From: Bigelowiella natans CCMP2755
Taxonomy: Eukaryota; Protista; Cercozoa
NCBI GenBank assembly: GCA_000320545.1
Contig: ADNK01002633.1
Coordinates: forward strand, 1 to 64,000
DNA: 64,000 bases
Reading direction: 5' to 3'
The first letter of the stretch is position 1. Every line of letters starts with the position of its first letter. Below the pieces are notes generated by a model that saw only the letters and a program-made list of their open reading frames with translations, was not told the origin of the DNA and made no database searches. The translations under genes were made by a program, and so were the position numbers. Below, one piece after another: positions 36,100 to 51,618 of the stretch.

Positions 36100-38297
36100 T
36101 ATATATAAACGTTCTTCCTGTATATTTGGCATCTTCCCACCTGCTTCATTAAAACCTTGTATGCATCTGATTTAATACAACTATATTGCTTCATGGATGG
36201 TCTTGCAACACTCGCCGACAGCTCCGGGGAACCACGCAATACTGGTAGTAGTTCTTAAGGGAGAGACGTATTAGTGGTAGTAGTTAGTGGTAGTAGGTGG
36301 TGGTAGTAGTGCCAGTAGCCGCAATATCTGACGTCATTTTTCTGTCACTGGATTGTGATCTAAAGTATGGCATTTTTTGAGAAAACGATAAGAGAGGGAT
36401 GAGTAGTGCGCTTGCCTTAGTGAGTGTCGCGTGCAGTCGGTAAAGTGCTATGTGTCTGACACGCTGCTGGCACGCCGAAACCGCATATGGTCAAATACAG
36501 GCTCAGAGTCGACTACGAAGACGGGAGCGAAGAAACCCTCCCATGGCCAAATGCAGATGTACGGAGTTATTCCTTTGACATAATGTTATAAATACCATCA
36601 CTATTGAGTCAACTATCAAATCAACCGTCTTGAGTTTTTTATCATTCAATTCTATTTATGAAGGTGAAGCTTGTACCTCGTGGAATGGAGCACACGCTAT
36701 TTAACAAAGCCTCGTTTGCCCTGCGACTTCCGAAATTGCCAGACACGTACTATTGATTGATGGCGTTTGCTTTTGTCGCTCGTGTATTCAGAAGAAATAA
36801 ACTCAAATGCATACATCGTGCGCCTTCATTATTGCTAGGACTACATTGCATACCTACACATGAAACGATGAAGGCACTGATGTTGCTTATTCCGACAATT
36901 ACCACAACTTAAATACGAAATCAGGCCTAGGACTGCTGCTGCAAAAGGGGATGCGATGACAATGGACGACGTACTTTATACATCTGATAATGAACTATTT
37001 ACGCACAACGACACATTGCCATCAATGACCACTCGTATTTTTGTAAATAAACATATGATATCTGACAGAGAATATGCGCTGTTATATATTTAATCTTATC
37101 ACTTTTTGGTTCTTGTACTCATCCCTACCTTCCTATCTAACACCCCTCTCTACACGCGTCGACATGGCAATTTTAAGGAGGCAATTAATTGGCCGAAGCC
37201 TATTAGATCCCCGCCTCCTAGAAGGCCAAAGCGATCAGACTCGCCAGGTTTTTGCTTTATTTGATACACTGCAATGAGACGAGAAACAATTAACCCCTCT
37301 ATGCAACAACGGTGAAAACACAGCGTGTGGTAATATGGTGTAATAATCTGTATCACAACACGGTGTAAAAACTAGTGATGATCGAAACCGAGAAGCGCCC
37401 ATCAGCAACCCCAACGTCAAGAACTGTTAAAACGTCAAAGGCAAGAACGGTAAAATCCAAATACAATCCTTCCTCCCGCAACTTTCTCCATAGCCCTCTC
37501 TCAGTTACGTCGCGTGTGTTTGCTCACGCGTACTCATCACTAATGTACGATGACAGCCCACGTCCCCCAAATCGCCCAAGTCGCCTTCGAGTAAACGGAA
37601 AGCTAGAAAGAAGAAGCAAGAAAAGGTGTTTGAATATGGGCTTTCTTCATTTTATCTTTCAATCCTACGTGCAAGCTATGCAGCGTACTCGCCGCCGGCC
37701 CCTACCTCGTCATTAGACAATTTATATTGACCTGATTACTGCAATATCAATTGTACTGTTATTTGCTATGAAATCGGAAACGGCGGGGTCTGGTGATTAG
37801 AAGGAAAAATCTCCGGCTGAAACACCACCAGCCAAGAAGAAGACCTACGCAACGCCTTGGAAACAGGAGAAGAGTCAGTTATTCTATCGATCGATTTTAG
37901 TCTTAGGAAAAAGACGTTTGCCGTTTTTTTCCGCGTTGGGCCGTTGTATTTATGCTGAATGATGTATTTTATTTCTCTCGCTTACTCCTTGCTTCTTCCA
38001 TATTTAATCAGAGAAGAAAAAGAAAAAGCCGCCCCCGCCGCCTCCAGACCGAGATGACGATCATAGCGTTGTTTCCGATGTAATACGACGCTATAAACTC
38101 GGGTTGATATACATGCACGCCTTATCCACACTACTCTATACTTTACGCAGTTTGAAATCGAAGATGACTTCGGCGAGGAGTTGGGTACAAAGGGGACAAA
38201 AAAGGTCGGTTGCTCATCATCCGCATGGTGTGCCCCTGCCAACTCCACTTACGATTCATATCGTAGAGGAGGAAGTGCGTTATTTCTCACTCTCTAT

Positions 38298-38338
<41 letters not shown>

Positions 38339-41300
38339 TCATTCTCTCGATATATAACTCATTTTGTGTGTGTGTGTATGTGTGTGTGTGTGTGTGTGTG
38401 TGGGTAGAGTGTGAGTGTTCGGTACTTTAACTTTAACCTGCATTCTTCCAACTTGCCGCTCGCCTCCTCTCTCCTCCCATCCACCTTTCCTTTATTTAGG
38501 TTGTTCGTGTGAATATGGTGAGGTTTAAGCGAGGGATCAAGGAAGATGTCCGAAGAGAGGTCGTGTTGGAATTTGAGAGTAGTGTCACGATGTTATGAGA
38601 GGCTAAGCCGATTCTATATCACCGCAGTCAGTCACCGTTTGGATATTTGCGACGTCCATCGGCGATTTTAAACGCCATTTTATTTCACTGCTGCTTATAA
38701 TGATAGAAGACGGTGACAGTGCTGACGGTGTTTAATGTTTGAATAAAAACAGCTTAATACGGAGACTCAGGAACTAGAAAAGGCCAAGGAAGCCTTCGAG
38801 GCTGAGCGGTTTTCCAAACTCTCCGAAATAGAAGCGTTAGAGAAACAAACAAAGGAGGTCGGCTCTATAATACACACAAGTGAACAATTTGCTACATGGG
38901 TTGCACGCGAGATCCTCTGTATGATGTATGCACGGAGCAAAAAGGAAGTGAAAACTGATTGAATACCAATTAAACAAGGGCTTTGGCAAAAAGCTGAGCG
39001 CACGCAGTTTCAGCGCCGTTTTACTCACCAAAACGATGCGCTGACCATCTTTGAAATTATCTTCTGAATAGCGGCAAGTTGAAGTCGATACCATTATAAG
39101 ACAACGGAAAGTGGAATTGAAAAAACGCAACAGGGCCAGGTGCTATTGTAGAACCCTCTTTATGCCTTATTCGTTGTATTCATCATCTTTTCTTCACCAA
39201 CTCTTTGTGCTTTATCTGCATATAGTCTGCTTCTCCAAGAGCAAGAGCGATTGATTATCACTAAGGATGATGTTGAAAACGATGGTGAAAACAACAAGGT
39301 TAAACCGCGAGCCTGCGTGCGAGTGTGCATGCCAGTGCGCGCGCGCGTGTGTGTCGTTGTTTTCTTATTTTCCAACGAACAACTACCGCCACTACAACAA
39401 CGAGAATAACCGGACAATTGATGATTTTAACCTTTATTGGATGGCTCCTACTTGCAATGCTATTTTGCATATCGTTGCCTAATAACCGTTCGTCACACAA
39501 CCAGGAGGAGGCAGCGGAGGAAGATAATCAGGTGTCATATACCACATCTTCTTGGAAAAAAATGAAAAAACAATAACAATAACAAGTTGACTTATATGTC
39601 GCGGGAATATTTTTAAGTGTATTTAGCACATAGAAAACACGACGGTGTTGATGTTTGCGATGATATACTTCTGAATAAGGAATAAATGCTGTTATATGTG
39701 TATATTATATATATATATATATATATATTATTTATGTGTACGTGTGTGAGTTTGGGTGCTTACAAAAAATCGGGTAACTTAGGCGGGAGAAGAAGATGAT
39801 GACGACGTCACAGATATAGATATTGGAATGGCTGGCAAGGGAGGCAAGCCCATAGCTTTCGGACCGAATACACTAGAAGTCGATCTAAAAAAGCTCACAA
39901 AGTAAGTCAAGTTCTAATGCACACATGCATACCTCCATTTATTAAAACCCAACTTGCAACCATCAAGGGGTGCGAACAAGGAAGAGAAAGATCTGATGTT
40001 GAAGCTGCACAGAGAGGCCGAAGAAGAGTAAGGACTCCTATATGTATCCCGAAGTACCAAACGACATTCTTTATAATTTTTGACTATCTGCATGATCTCC
40101 ACTCTTATGGCGTGATATGACGTCTGTTACTGCGAATCCCACCCTCTCATCTACCCGCTGACTTACTATGCTCCCCCCCCCCCCCCCCCCCCTCCCCTCT
40201 AGGCTTTCAAATATACAAACTGGGGCCGAGGAGCGAATGTTGAAGATTAAGGAAGAAACAACCCTTCAACTTAAGCACGCAAGAAAATTGGCAATTAGAA
40301 AGGGAAAAGACGCAGACCAAATCACGGAGGCCCTGCGAGTGCAATATCGGAAGGCAGAAGCAAAAATGCGGGCCTTAAAAGACGACCGTGCGCGCGCCAA
40401 GGCTGATATCCAGGAACGCATCGCAGCTCTGGAGGAGAAGCGGAAAAAGCAGCAAGATTTTCTTCGAGAAAGACAGAAGACCCTTCTGGACAAGGCGGCA
40501 AAGGCGCGAGGGGAAACGTCGAAGATCATCGAGATCGAGCAGGAAAAACAGCGTACCATCGAGGCGCGGGAGAGGAAGAAAATCCGCGAGATTAGCCGCC
40601 GTGCAAGAAACTTGATAAAAGAAAAACGCGAGGAAGAGGAAGTGGACAAAGGCCGAGAGAAGCTCAAATCCGAATTCCTTGAATTAGAGAAAAAACGCAT
40701 TTACTCCTTGGCGCTCTCTGCTAGAGAGGAGGGCCCAGCGTGGGACGACGCTGCGGTGTTGTGTCATCCTGATAAAAGCATTTTCCTCCAGTCCGCCTGG
40801 GGGCGAGATTTCCGGGAATTTTACTCCAACTCGAAAGGATCGGATGCCTCGTTTGAGTTTTGGCTATCCGTCGAGTCGATTCGCGACTGGTGGTTTGGCA
40901 AGGGGAAGGGCGCACCTGAGAAGCACATTCGCCTTGCAATGGCGATTAAAGACATCTGGGCGAACTATTTCTCACCAAACCGTAAGAAAAACAAGGAAGG
41001 TAGTAGAATCACGGTCACCACCACCCCAGACATCGTAGAAGATTTAAAGGACACCGCTCCCGACTACACCGTGGAGTTCTTTGCCGATGCGCAAGTGTAC
41101 GCGTTCGAGAAGCAGATAATGGAAAGTTTCACTCGCTTCTATAACGTCGCCACGCGAAAAACGGTGCAGTCAAAGGACAAAGCAACAGCGGAAAGAGAGC
41201 TTGAATTAACAGAGCAGGAACTAGAAAGCACGTCGCTACAAGAGGACTTCGACGGCGGCTTTGTAGACCAGAAACACGAGGAAACTGATGGTGGTAAGAC

Positions 41301-44300
41301 TGGAAAGGAGGAGGAAAAGGACTTTGATGAGCAGAAAGAGTTCGTCAAAATTGCGCATTTAAAGGCGCTATTAGTGAAGGCGGAGTCCGTTGCCTCTTCA
41401 ATCGACCCAGTACTGAAGTACCATAAAATGCACAAGATCCTTATATCAAAGCGCGAGAAGCTCCGTCGGTTGGAGCAGGAGATGAAAACTCGCGCTGCTC
41501 GTGAATCCGAGTTCGTCGGGATTCTTACGCTGTGCAAGTCTCCAACGGCTTTCGACTTCATGTGCCTCGCAAGAGTAGGGCAAGAAGAATTTGAAAATTT
41601 CCTCTTCCTCGAAAACCGCCTTCCTATCCTATCGATACTGCGACACGTGTCTGCCCGCCTGGCGAGACTGTCATATGATAGTGCCAAGGACGTGCAAACC
41701 GACGATTTCGAAGAAGGGGAGAATAAGAGAATCGACGCCATTTCAATGCGGTGGACGCCTAAGCTTCTCCAGATCGCGGAGCATGGAATCGGCGAGGCTC
41801 TGAACCCGTACGCTCTAACACGACTGACATTCGAACAAAGGGAGGCCGGCGTTGAAGAGAAAAAGGTCACCGACTTCAACCTCGAGGATCTACGCATCTT
41901 GGCGTCTAACGTACACCAGACCGTGAGAGAGCATTTGTGGCCAAAATACCTTGCGTCCCCGTCGTGCACATTTTTCCAGCAGAACGGCTACTCAGAGCCG
42001 TACTTCCCGCCAAGGCTGACGAACGTGCAGTTTTGGAGGTCGTTGCGCATCTTTATCCGGGAAAGAATGCCTAGACTTATGCCGACGCTGGATCTATGGA
42101 ATTGCGTGCAAAACCTCGTTATGCAAAGCCACTTGTCGCAGGCGGAGGGCTCAAACGGGTCTCTGCTGGGCAAAGAGGACGAGATGTACATCCCCGAAGT
42201 GCATTTGAACACGCTGCTTAAATTCAATCGTTTGCCCCGGAGCGAGACCATCGTTGCGGCTGTGCGGGCGTGCGTCGAGAAGGGCCACATCGAGCGAGCG
42301 AGTGGTTGGCTGCGCCGGCTCGAGAGTGCGGAAGGCGTTGCGGAGCATGCAACTGTCGCTTTGAGGAATGAAGTAATGCGGGCCTACGCCGAGCCAGGCC
42401 ACGTCTGGAGATGTGAGAGGGCGCTGAGAGACATGGAAGAGCAAGACCTAACGCCTGACCAGCATACGTTCAACGCCGTATTGAAAGCGTATGTCACTGC
42501 AGCGGAGAGGGAGTTTGAGAGCCAACAGAGCCTACGAATCTACGGCTTGAAAGAGCCGAGGCCCGCACCCGACGCGGAGACCTTTATGTGGGTAATCAAA
42601 GCGTGTGTTGGAGAGAAAGACCCTTTGTCAGCTGAGAGATGGCTTGAGATCATGGAAGATTCTACCGGGCTCACGATCACCGAAGAACATTATTCTATTG
42701 TTATTAGTGCTTGGGCAGAGACAGGAATCATTGAGGCAGCTGAGCGGGTTCTTAACCACTGCAAGCGAAGCTTTGAGAAGAAGGACGTGCCTCTTGCTGT
42801 GGGGGCGTTCTTGCCCGTGTATCTCTTGCAGCCGAAGAGAGAAAAGGCGAGAGAGATAATAGACGCTATGCTCACCGAGCTCTCTCAAATCTGCAAAGAC
42901 CTCGAGACGACCGACTTCAAGCTCGAGAACTACCCTGAAATGCAGGATTCCAAAACGGTAGTGTGTTCGTTCACGCGGCCGGAGCTACATGCGAAAACCG
43001 GCGAATGCATGCGGTCCTTCATCGCTGCGATTCGGGGTAAATATGCGCCTACCAAAGAAGACCTTAAAGACCCCTTCTTCATTTCGAAACGCCAAATACA
43101 GCGCAACAAGGAAAGGGCAGGAGCTGGACACGGCGACGATGCGCGTAACCCAGACGACAGCCCCTCTTCCGGATATGATTTTGAAAAAGAGGAACTCAAA
43201 GCACGGGCGCGACGCAATACCGTGAGAGAGATAGAGCGGCTGCTGAGCGAGGTGGAGAAGAAACCTGTCCTTCGCCACTCAAATGCGGGGTTCGGGTGGT
43301 TGCACCGGTTTGAGGAGGTAGTGCCATTGAGATTTTCCGTAGAGAAGAAGACATTTTTGCCAATTTAGTTTTTTTTCGAAATGCTATCGTTATCCATCAT
43401 GTCTTTGGTTGTAAGGAGGCCGAGCCAGTCTATTTGTTCTTTTTTATCGCTAAGCCACGCGTTGGGCTACGGGGGTGTCCAAATTAGGATTAGGCTCTTC
43501 TGAATATGAGATTGATGATGATATATCCCCATTCTTAGGAGGAAATGCTACCGACCGAAAAGGCTGTGCACGACCTACTCAAAGCTGCGAGCCCTCGTGG
43601 CGACTTCGAAACAGTACAGAAGTTATTAGAATTAAGCATGAGTGACAAGCATGATATCAAGGTTGTGGGGAGGAAAGAGGACTTGATGCATCTATGCGGA
43701 GCGTATGTCCAAACATCTTTCAGCCACGCTAAGACGATTAAGGACGATCTAAGCCGTGCAAGCATTGAGCTAGCACCGAGTGAAATCGAAGAAGCAATTT
43801 TTCACGCAGAAACGCAAAACCAAGGTCCGTTCCGTACATATCCATGCGTATTGTATAAATTCTATGCGGGCGGTAGGAACGCCATAAAAGGAAGATTGAA
43901 CTTAGAGTAGTAAGAATAGGGAATAGTAGGTACTTGAAATGCAGCTATCAAGAGTGGTTCTATATCATCATTTTGTTCGCAGATTCATCGTTAGAAGGGT
44001 GCTTACTAAATTCCTTTCTGTTTGGTGTGTTTTTCCATCTATCTTTTCAAAGCCGAAGCTGCGGTAGGGTTGCTAGGACTAATGTTTCACTCCAAATACA
44101 CCTTGAAGATGGAACACTTCGATTCAGCATCTAATGCATTTGGCGGATTTGAAGCCGTTCGCGGGTTCATCGACGGGTGCGACAAGGCGTTTTGGCTGAC
44201 TAAGGAAGCCGAGTTTAAAAAGCACCGAGAGATCACAACTAACTGGATCGATGAGATACAGTTCCTTCTTGAGTCTTGCCCCTTGCAGGAGGAAGATGGT

Positions 44301-47300
44301 TATGAGTACTGCCCAATGACACTCGGCGCGCGCAAGTGCAACCAGCGTGATAAGGTCAAGAATGGCGTCTGCTTGGAGTGCGGGTTGGCCTCAATCGAGT
44401 TCGGTCATTCCGTCGCCCTGGCTGACTCTGAAGGCAATACCGAAGTTGATAAGAAATTTCTACAAGATGTCTCTCAAGCAGCATCAGGCAGCACAGGCGT
44501 AGCAGCGGGAAATAGAAACGAGGCCGAAGGAGACGAAGATGAAGACAACGATGACGAGGGGAAGATGGGGATAGTCGGGATTAAAGTACCGGAAGGACGG
44601 CGCGCTGCCATACTCCTCAACTTACACAAAAATGATAAGCCGAAGCAGCCAGTGCCTCCAGAGGCTCTAGGAATGGCCTACCTCACAGCGATTTCCTGCT
44701 CGCCGAGTTCAACGTCTGCCTTTAGCTTTTTGGGAGAGGCGCAGGGCCTTGGCCTTGATCTCGGCATCCAAGGATACGTTGCTGCCCTCACTGCGTGCGA
44801 GAGCAATAAGGAGCGCGACGAGACCGTGAAACTTCTCCGCAGGATCCAAAAGGCGAACCTGGAGCTCAACGCCGACATGTTTGTTTCTGTGTTCAAGACG
44901 TTCGGCGGCATCGGCCACGCTGAGGAGTGCATTCGTTTGCTGCAGTTTGCCCGCATCAATATGAACGAGTTTACGGTCAATGGCATCATCGAAGCCTACG
45001 GCAGATTGGGGGGACAACTCAAGATTACACAGTTTGTCAGGCACCTGAAGCAAACGATGCCTAATTACCACGCGACAAGAGATAACTATTACTACGCTCT
45101 CAAAGCGCAGATGAAGACAGAGCAAAAAACACTGCTAAAGCGCGCCGCGTCGAGTATAGACGCACAACCTCTTCCCGTCGATGAAGACAACGAAGAGGTT
45201 GACGAGAAAGAACAGTTTTTTGTAGAAATTAAGGAATCCGCAGTGGAGTCTTCTCGTTCCCTGTTTCAAGCGGCTGAGCAAATCGATTGGATTATTGGCC
45301 AAAGGCAGCTAGAAAAGAGTCGTTTCTTCCTTGCAGCCGAAGCAGTAGAGCGCTTGGCAAGCGGAAGAAAACCAACGGGTGAGGAAACTAAAGAACTCAC
45401 GGAGCTGCTGAAGCCAAAACCGTCTTTCAATGCGAAGGCAGAAAAAGGCGCACTCTTATCTGGAAGGGACTTGGACCCGTTCTTAGCCAAGAAGGTTGAT
45501 GGAATCCTCGGCCTAGCCGATGGAAAACACTCAGAGAAGAACAACGATTCGGCAACAGGAGGAACCCAAAATGAGCAGGTTACGGGCGGTGCTGAGAAGG
45601 CTGTTGTCTTTGCCGACGACGATTTGTCTGATGAAGAAGACGAGGGAAATCCCATCGAGATTTTAGAAATGATGCAGGAGACGGAAGTGCCCGTTGATCA
45701 CGGCATCTTCGAGGTTGTCGTGGACGCCTACGGCGGCTTTGACAACTGCTTCGAGATCTTCAAAGATATGAAGGAGGCAAAGGTCTTCACGCATGCGCCC
45801 ATGTTTGAGGTCATCATCGATCACTTTGCCGGGAATGGCGACATCAAGACCGCTAGAACTTGGATGAAGCGGATGTTGCTATCGGGCCACGACCCGCACA
45901 GAGAGACCTTTTTCGGCCTGGTGGACGAAGCCGCAATAAACGTAAAACACGATCTCAGTGAGAAGTTCATGCGCTCTATAGCGTACTCGAAAATCTCCCT
46001 GGACGAGGAGTCCCTCACCAAAACCATCCAGGATATGCTGGCTAGCGGGCCGGCAGGCCTGGGGCAAGCGGAGCACTTCCTGAAGGGGATGGAGGACACG
46101 AAGCTTCCTGTCAAGATCTACGACATAATCATCGAGGCGCATACAAAGGCGGAGAAAGGCCATTACGCTCAAGACTGGCTCGACGTGAAATTCCAGATGA
46201 AATACGAGCCGTCAAGGGAGCAATGGCGCGCGGTGGTGTACGGCTGCTTTGTAGCGAGGATCAAGGGCAAACGAACACTCCGGGCTTTGGATAGGATGCG
46301 AGCACAGCAGGTCACGCCAGATATGCAGTATTTCAATAAAGCGTGCGAGCGGCTGGTGTCGCAAGGTGACTTGCGAAAGGCCGAGATGTGGCTTCAAGAA
46401 CTTATCGGGCTACAACAAGAGCCGCATAGCGATTGGTACAATGCTATTGTCAGAGGCCATTGTGACGCGAGGAATCCTGAGGAGGCCCTCGTCTGGATGT
46501 TCAAGATGGAGAAGCTCAGCTTAACACCTTATAAGAGGCGCTGGCGTGATTTGTTCTCATCCTGCAAGATCATTATGGACACGAAGATTGCTGCGCGAGT
46601 CTTGCGCATTGCTCATGAGCGGAAATTCGACCCTGACCCTGGCTTCGTCCCAGTAGAGCTAATACAGGAGGCTAAGTACGATGATGCCATTACCTGGCTA
46701 GATGGCATGAAGGCAGAGGGGTTCCCTCAGGGCGCCGATGTATATCGAAACATGTTCAGATCGCTACGAGACATCGAGTTTTGCAAGAAGCTGTACAAGA
46801 AGTTTATGGCGGAGGGCCTCAAGCCCAGTTCAAAGCTTCTCTACGCCGTGTTAGAGTCGTCAGGAGGACACCGTCGGATAGACACGTATTTCAGTGTTAT
46901 CAGCCCTTTTCGCCACGAGTATACCCCCGAGGCGTGGGTAGGTTTGTTTAAAGAATGCAAACACTCTGGAGATGCCAAATCCGCCGTTGACTTCATGGCT
47001 AAGGCGCGGGAAATGAATGTGTCGCTTTCAAGGTCCTCTTACGTCGATGGGCTGGCTGCTTGTGCCAAGGCAGGCGAGTCAAACTTCGCACAGAAAATCG
47101 CCAAAGAAGCTGAGACGCTGGAAAACATCTGTCTGGACACTGAGATGTGCAATCTTCTGGTACGTGCGCATGCGAAGTGTGCGAACAAGGCTTCCAATGA
47201 GTCAGAGTCGCCTGCAGCGAGAGCGTCGAGATTGCTGGAGCGCTTGTTGGACTTATGGTCACCACCCAACAGCGTCTCCGTAAACGGTACTTCACATATA

Positions 47301-47306
47301 TACATG

Positions 47307-47343
<37 letters not shown>

Positions 47344-50300
47344 AATACATATATATTTACATATGGATTTGAAGCTTATGAATCTGTTAAGCTTGTTATG
47401 ATCGTTGTCGTTCACTCGTCGGTACAAACGTTGTTTTTTCTTGTTGCTGCTTCTGATGCGAAGACTTGACCATTTTTATCGCATATTGTTGCGCAGGTGC
47501 GGAGGCGTGTGTATTACGGATGCAGAACGCGAGCGTTCCTCCCGACCGAACAAGCTTCGGGTATATGCTCCGAATCTACTCGTGTGCGGGGGAAGCTAAA
47601 AAGGCTGGAATCGTCGCCGAGCTGATGCACAAGGAAAATGGTGCTCAGAAGGAGGACTTCAATGAACTCGTCCGTGCGTGCGCGAGAGCTGGGGACTCTA
47701 AAGCAGCCTTTGCTCTCGTCGAGACGATGAAGGGGCGAAGTATCACCCCCAATGCAGAAACCTACCACTACCTCCTGGAAGCAATGGGGGCCGACTTGGA
47801 CGCCGAGATCTCAGGGGATGACATCGTTGCGGTGATGAGGAAGGGGGAGGAAAGCGACGGTTGCGGGGAAGAAGTTCATCTGGGGGCTATGCGTGGGCTG
47901 GCCATGCGAGCGGAGGCAAAAACAGCTGCTAGGATGTTTGAAATACTGCTAGACATGGCCATGCCGAGGGTTAAAGTAACGGAAAACATCGAAATAGGCC
48001 TCGCCGCGATGCGTGCGGCTGCCCTAAACGCCAGTGTAAAGAACGCCGAGCACATCATGCATCTGATGCGCGACGAGGGCATAATAGACCTGCAAGACTT
48101 GGATGTGGGGTGCTCAGAAAAGATCCGGCATCTTCGCGCCGTTGGCCTGGCGGTCTTCTTCGAGGCGTGTGCCCGTGCTAGGAACAAGGAGGCAGCGATG
48201 CAGCTCCTTAGAGCTCTTGAGAAGAAGAATGGAAGCTTGGATTATAAGCTTTCGCCGATGCATTTCGACTATATCGCTCGGGCATGTTCGGCGTGTGGGG
48301 ACTACGAGAATTCTCATAAGTATGCGGAGATGGCCGCTGAGTCTGTACGAAAAGGTACATGAATTTTTGAATTGGAAGCCTCATTTATGTTAGCAATGGT
48401 TTCTTTGATGGGTGGCAGTGCCATATATCTCGACTTTCTAAAATTAAATTACTGATTGTTTCTTGTGGCGTCTCATCTTTCCCGTAGGGTCATACGACAT
48501 ATTAAAGCAGCGTGAAGCTAGAAACTTATCCTCGGCGGGTAGTAAAATCTCAAAGTCCGACCGGGCGATAGTGACGGCCAATAAAACCTTCGAGCTCTGT
48601 CAACTGCGCGACGCATACACGCATTTGTACACGCGGAAACGGTGCGGGCTAACAAAGGCCGAAGCAAAAGACTTCGAGCGGCTAGTTACGAATGGAAATA
48701 AATCTGGCTCATTTAGTTCTGACCTTCAAAAAATAGAAGGTAATAGTGACTCACGTTTCGGTCTGTGCATAAACGAACAAGCGATATAAATGTAAAAGTT
48801 TCAGCGGTGGTTGCGGTGGAACTGTAGGCGCTTTGCAGCTCTAGAAACCTATCATATATCACTCCCCATTATTCTCATATACATTGCAATGCCTACTTCG
48901 TTTTCCCATCCATCTCTGTTAACTCATATGAAAAAAATGCTAAATCTGTCGCCCTTCCTCCTCCCCCGCCTTTCACCACTCATGACTTAGGCTTGATACT
49001 CGATCGACGCATTTCGCCAGTGATTTGTGCTTTTCGAATGATGAGAGAGTTCTTGCTTTGTGAGGCAGAGCTGGTACTGACGCTGGAGAGCCATCCAAAA
49101 GGTTGTGATTTCGTTTGTGTCTCCTCGATGTCATCTGATCTCACGTCACGCAATTCTTGGCAGAGGGAGAGGGAGGGAAAGGGCATATACAGCCTCGGTT
49201 CATTACTATTTATTTAAACAAAATATCATAAACAATGCAGGCTTGCGATTATTCGTGAATACGTATCTTGGCATGGATCATCTGGGGCAGTATCTTAAGG
49301 CCCATAAGCTCGGCGACTTAATCGAGGTAAAGATAACAAAGGAAACATGAGAAACATCACAAGTCCCACAGATGTGGACCTTACGTTACAACAAAAGAGC
49401 TTTGGATGAAGTTTCTGTCTTTGTTTGACGGGGAAACATAGCATAGTCTACACCGCCAAATCAACGAGATTTGTTCTTGGTATATTTTTGCGTAACAGGT
49501 ATTGAAACCTTCATTCCTCTATAAGCTTCCGCTAGAGCCTCCCCCTGACCCTAATCCAGACTACAGCTGGATCGATGAAGGCTATAGAGGAGAAGAAAAA
49601 ATCAGCCCCGATCTCAAGAAGAAAGTAACGAGCATGAAAGTCGCGATTTCCTTTTCCAAATCCTCAAATCTGTTGTTCGTTCTTCCAGGTAGCTACGGCA
49701 ATCAACGCCTTGATAGCGTCGTCATCGAAGCGAGAGGTATGCCCACATCATAGCAAGGGCATTATTTTGGGAGTCCGAAAACAAATATCTCCCTTCCCGT
49801 TGACCTCACCTCGCGCGCCGCTGGTTAATTGGCTATATGCGTTGTTTCTGATCCGATCACTTTGCCATTGATTCGCTGTCTGGCCAGGTGCGAAATCGCG
49901 TGTGCGAGTGGGCAGAGGAGCACGTGTGGGATGACTTTTGGAGAAGCGCCTACGCGGAGAAACTCCGGAAGAGGTATGAGGGAAACACTAAACGCACTGA
50001 GAGCTCGCCAGAGAAACCAACAGGGATGTGTAGATGAAGAGTGGTACGAAGCTGGGCGAGACGAATACTTCGCGATGTTGTAGATTAGTTTTGGAACTTG
50101 CGTGCTGACCTTTCCTTTCAACCAACCTCTGCTGCCGTCGTTGTTTCTACCAGCTGCAGCGGTGGGGATCGAGAGAGTCTGGAGGCAAAGACGAAGGAGG
50201 AGCTCAAAATGTACGGCACGCCGAAATTTGCCCTTATTTGATTTATTAGTGTGGTGTTGGTATGATCCTTATCGTTTCTTTCTGTTGGAACTGTGATGCT

Positions 50301-50592
50301 CGTTGTAGGTATGATTTAAGGCGTCTAGAGAACGCTAGAAAAGCCCGTCAAAGTATTATTGGTGCGTACAATTGTAAGCTGCTTTTGTTGAATGCAAGGA
50401 CGCACGCGGTTGTCAGCATAGAGCCTCATCTTTTCATGGGTTTCCATCTTATCTTCGCTAAAATTTGCCTCTATTTATTTCATCTGCTCAGACGGCAGGA
50501 AAGACAAAATAAATGCGAAGATCAAGATAATAGAGGTGATCATAGAATAAGCAAGCGCCCAACCAAGAATGCTTGGCAAATCTCTCTCCTTC

Positions 50593-50639
<47 letters not shown>

Positions 50640-50664
50640 CTTTCTCTCTCTCATGTGTGTGTCA

Positions 50665-50706
<42 letters not shown>

Positions 50707-50910
50707 TAGTATGAAGTATATTCATTTTGAAATTAATCTATTCATTTCAGGATCGGATCGAAGAAGAACGAGAAAAGAAGCGAAAGGAGGTAATTCTTGC
50801 TGTCAAATTTGTTTCTATTTTTAAAAGTCGCTCCCCTCCAACCACCTGTTAATAAGTGGGGGCGATTCGACTCGATGCGTGCAATATACCAATCGAGGTG
50901 CGCATGTGTT

Positions 50911-50946
<36 letters not shown>

Positions 50947-51322
50947 GTCAGGAGGAAGAACGGAAGAGGAAAATCCAAGCTGAGATTGAAGAGAAAAAAC
51001 GAAAAGAGCGAATCCGAAAGCAAAAGTAAATTCAAGATAGAAATAGTACAGGGCTTTCAATCTTAAGCAGGGTCTAGGGCATGAGGTTCTGAGCAAGTTA
51101 TTCAAATACATTCTGTAGTAATTTCACCTGCGTACTAGTGCCAACGTCAAATGTGCAAAATTAATGATTATACCACTGCGCCACAAATAGGGAGGAAGCT
51201 CGTAAAAAGGCAGAAGCCGAGGCCAAAGAGGAGGCGAGGCTCCTTGAAATAGCAATGGAGGAGAAAAAACGACAGGACTTTTTGAAGAAGATCGAAACGT
51301 ATTAGTCAATCGATATTATAGT

Positions 51323-51355
<33 letters not shown>

Positions 51356-51356
51356 C

Positions 51357-51399
<43 letters not shown>

Positions 51400-51577
51400 T
51401 GTGAGCGAGTGTTCAATCTGTGTCAATTGCTAGCGCGCTGAATATATGCGGATAGTGCTTAAAGCATTTGCTCTTTGTCACCAACAAATCTCTCTTTATA
51501 TCTTCAGGGAAAAGGCGGAGGTGCAGAGAATAAAAGATCAAATCGAGTTTGAAAAAGAGCAATTCGCACACGTAAGG

Positions 51578-51618
<41 letters not shown>

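Noticed and set aside
32299-36560. 18-bp exact match atggccaaatgcagatgt at ~32299 and ~36543
   Set aside because: No flanking similarity; one copy is coding (WPNAD) and the other intronic, so chance is plausible.
41139-41969. 276-aa antisense ORF and other antisense ORFs in 40-48 kb
   Set aside because: Shadows of long sense exons with no independent motifs.
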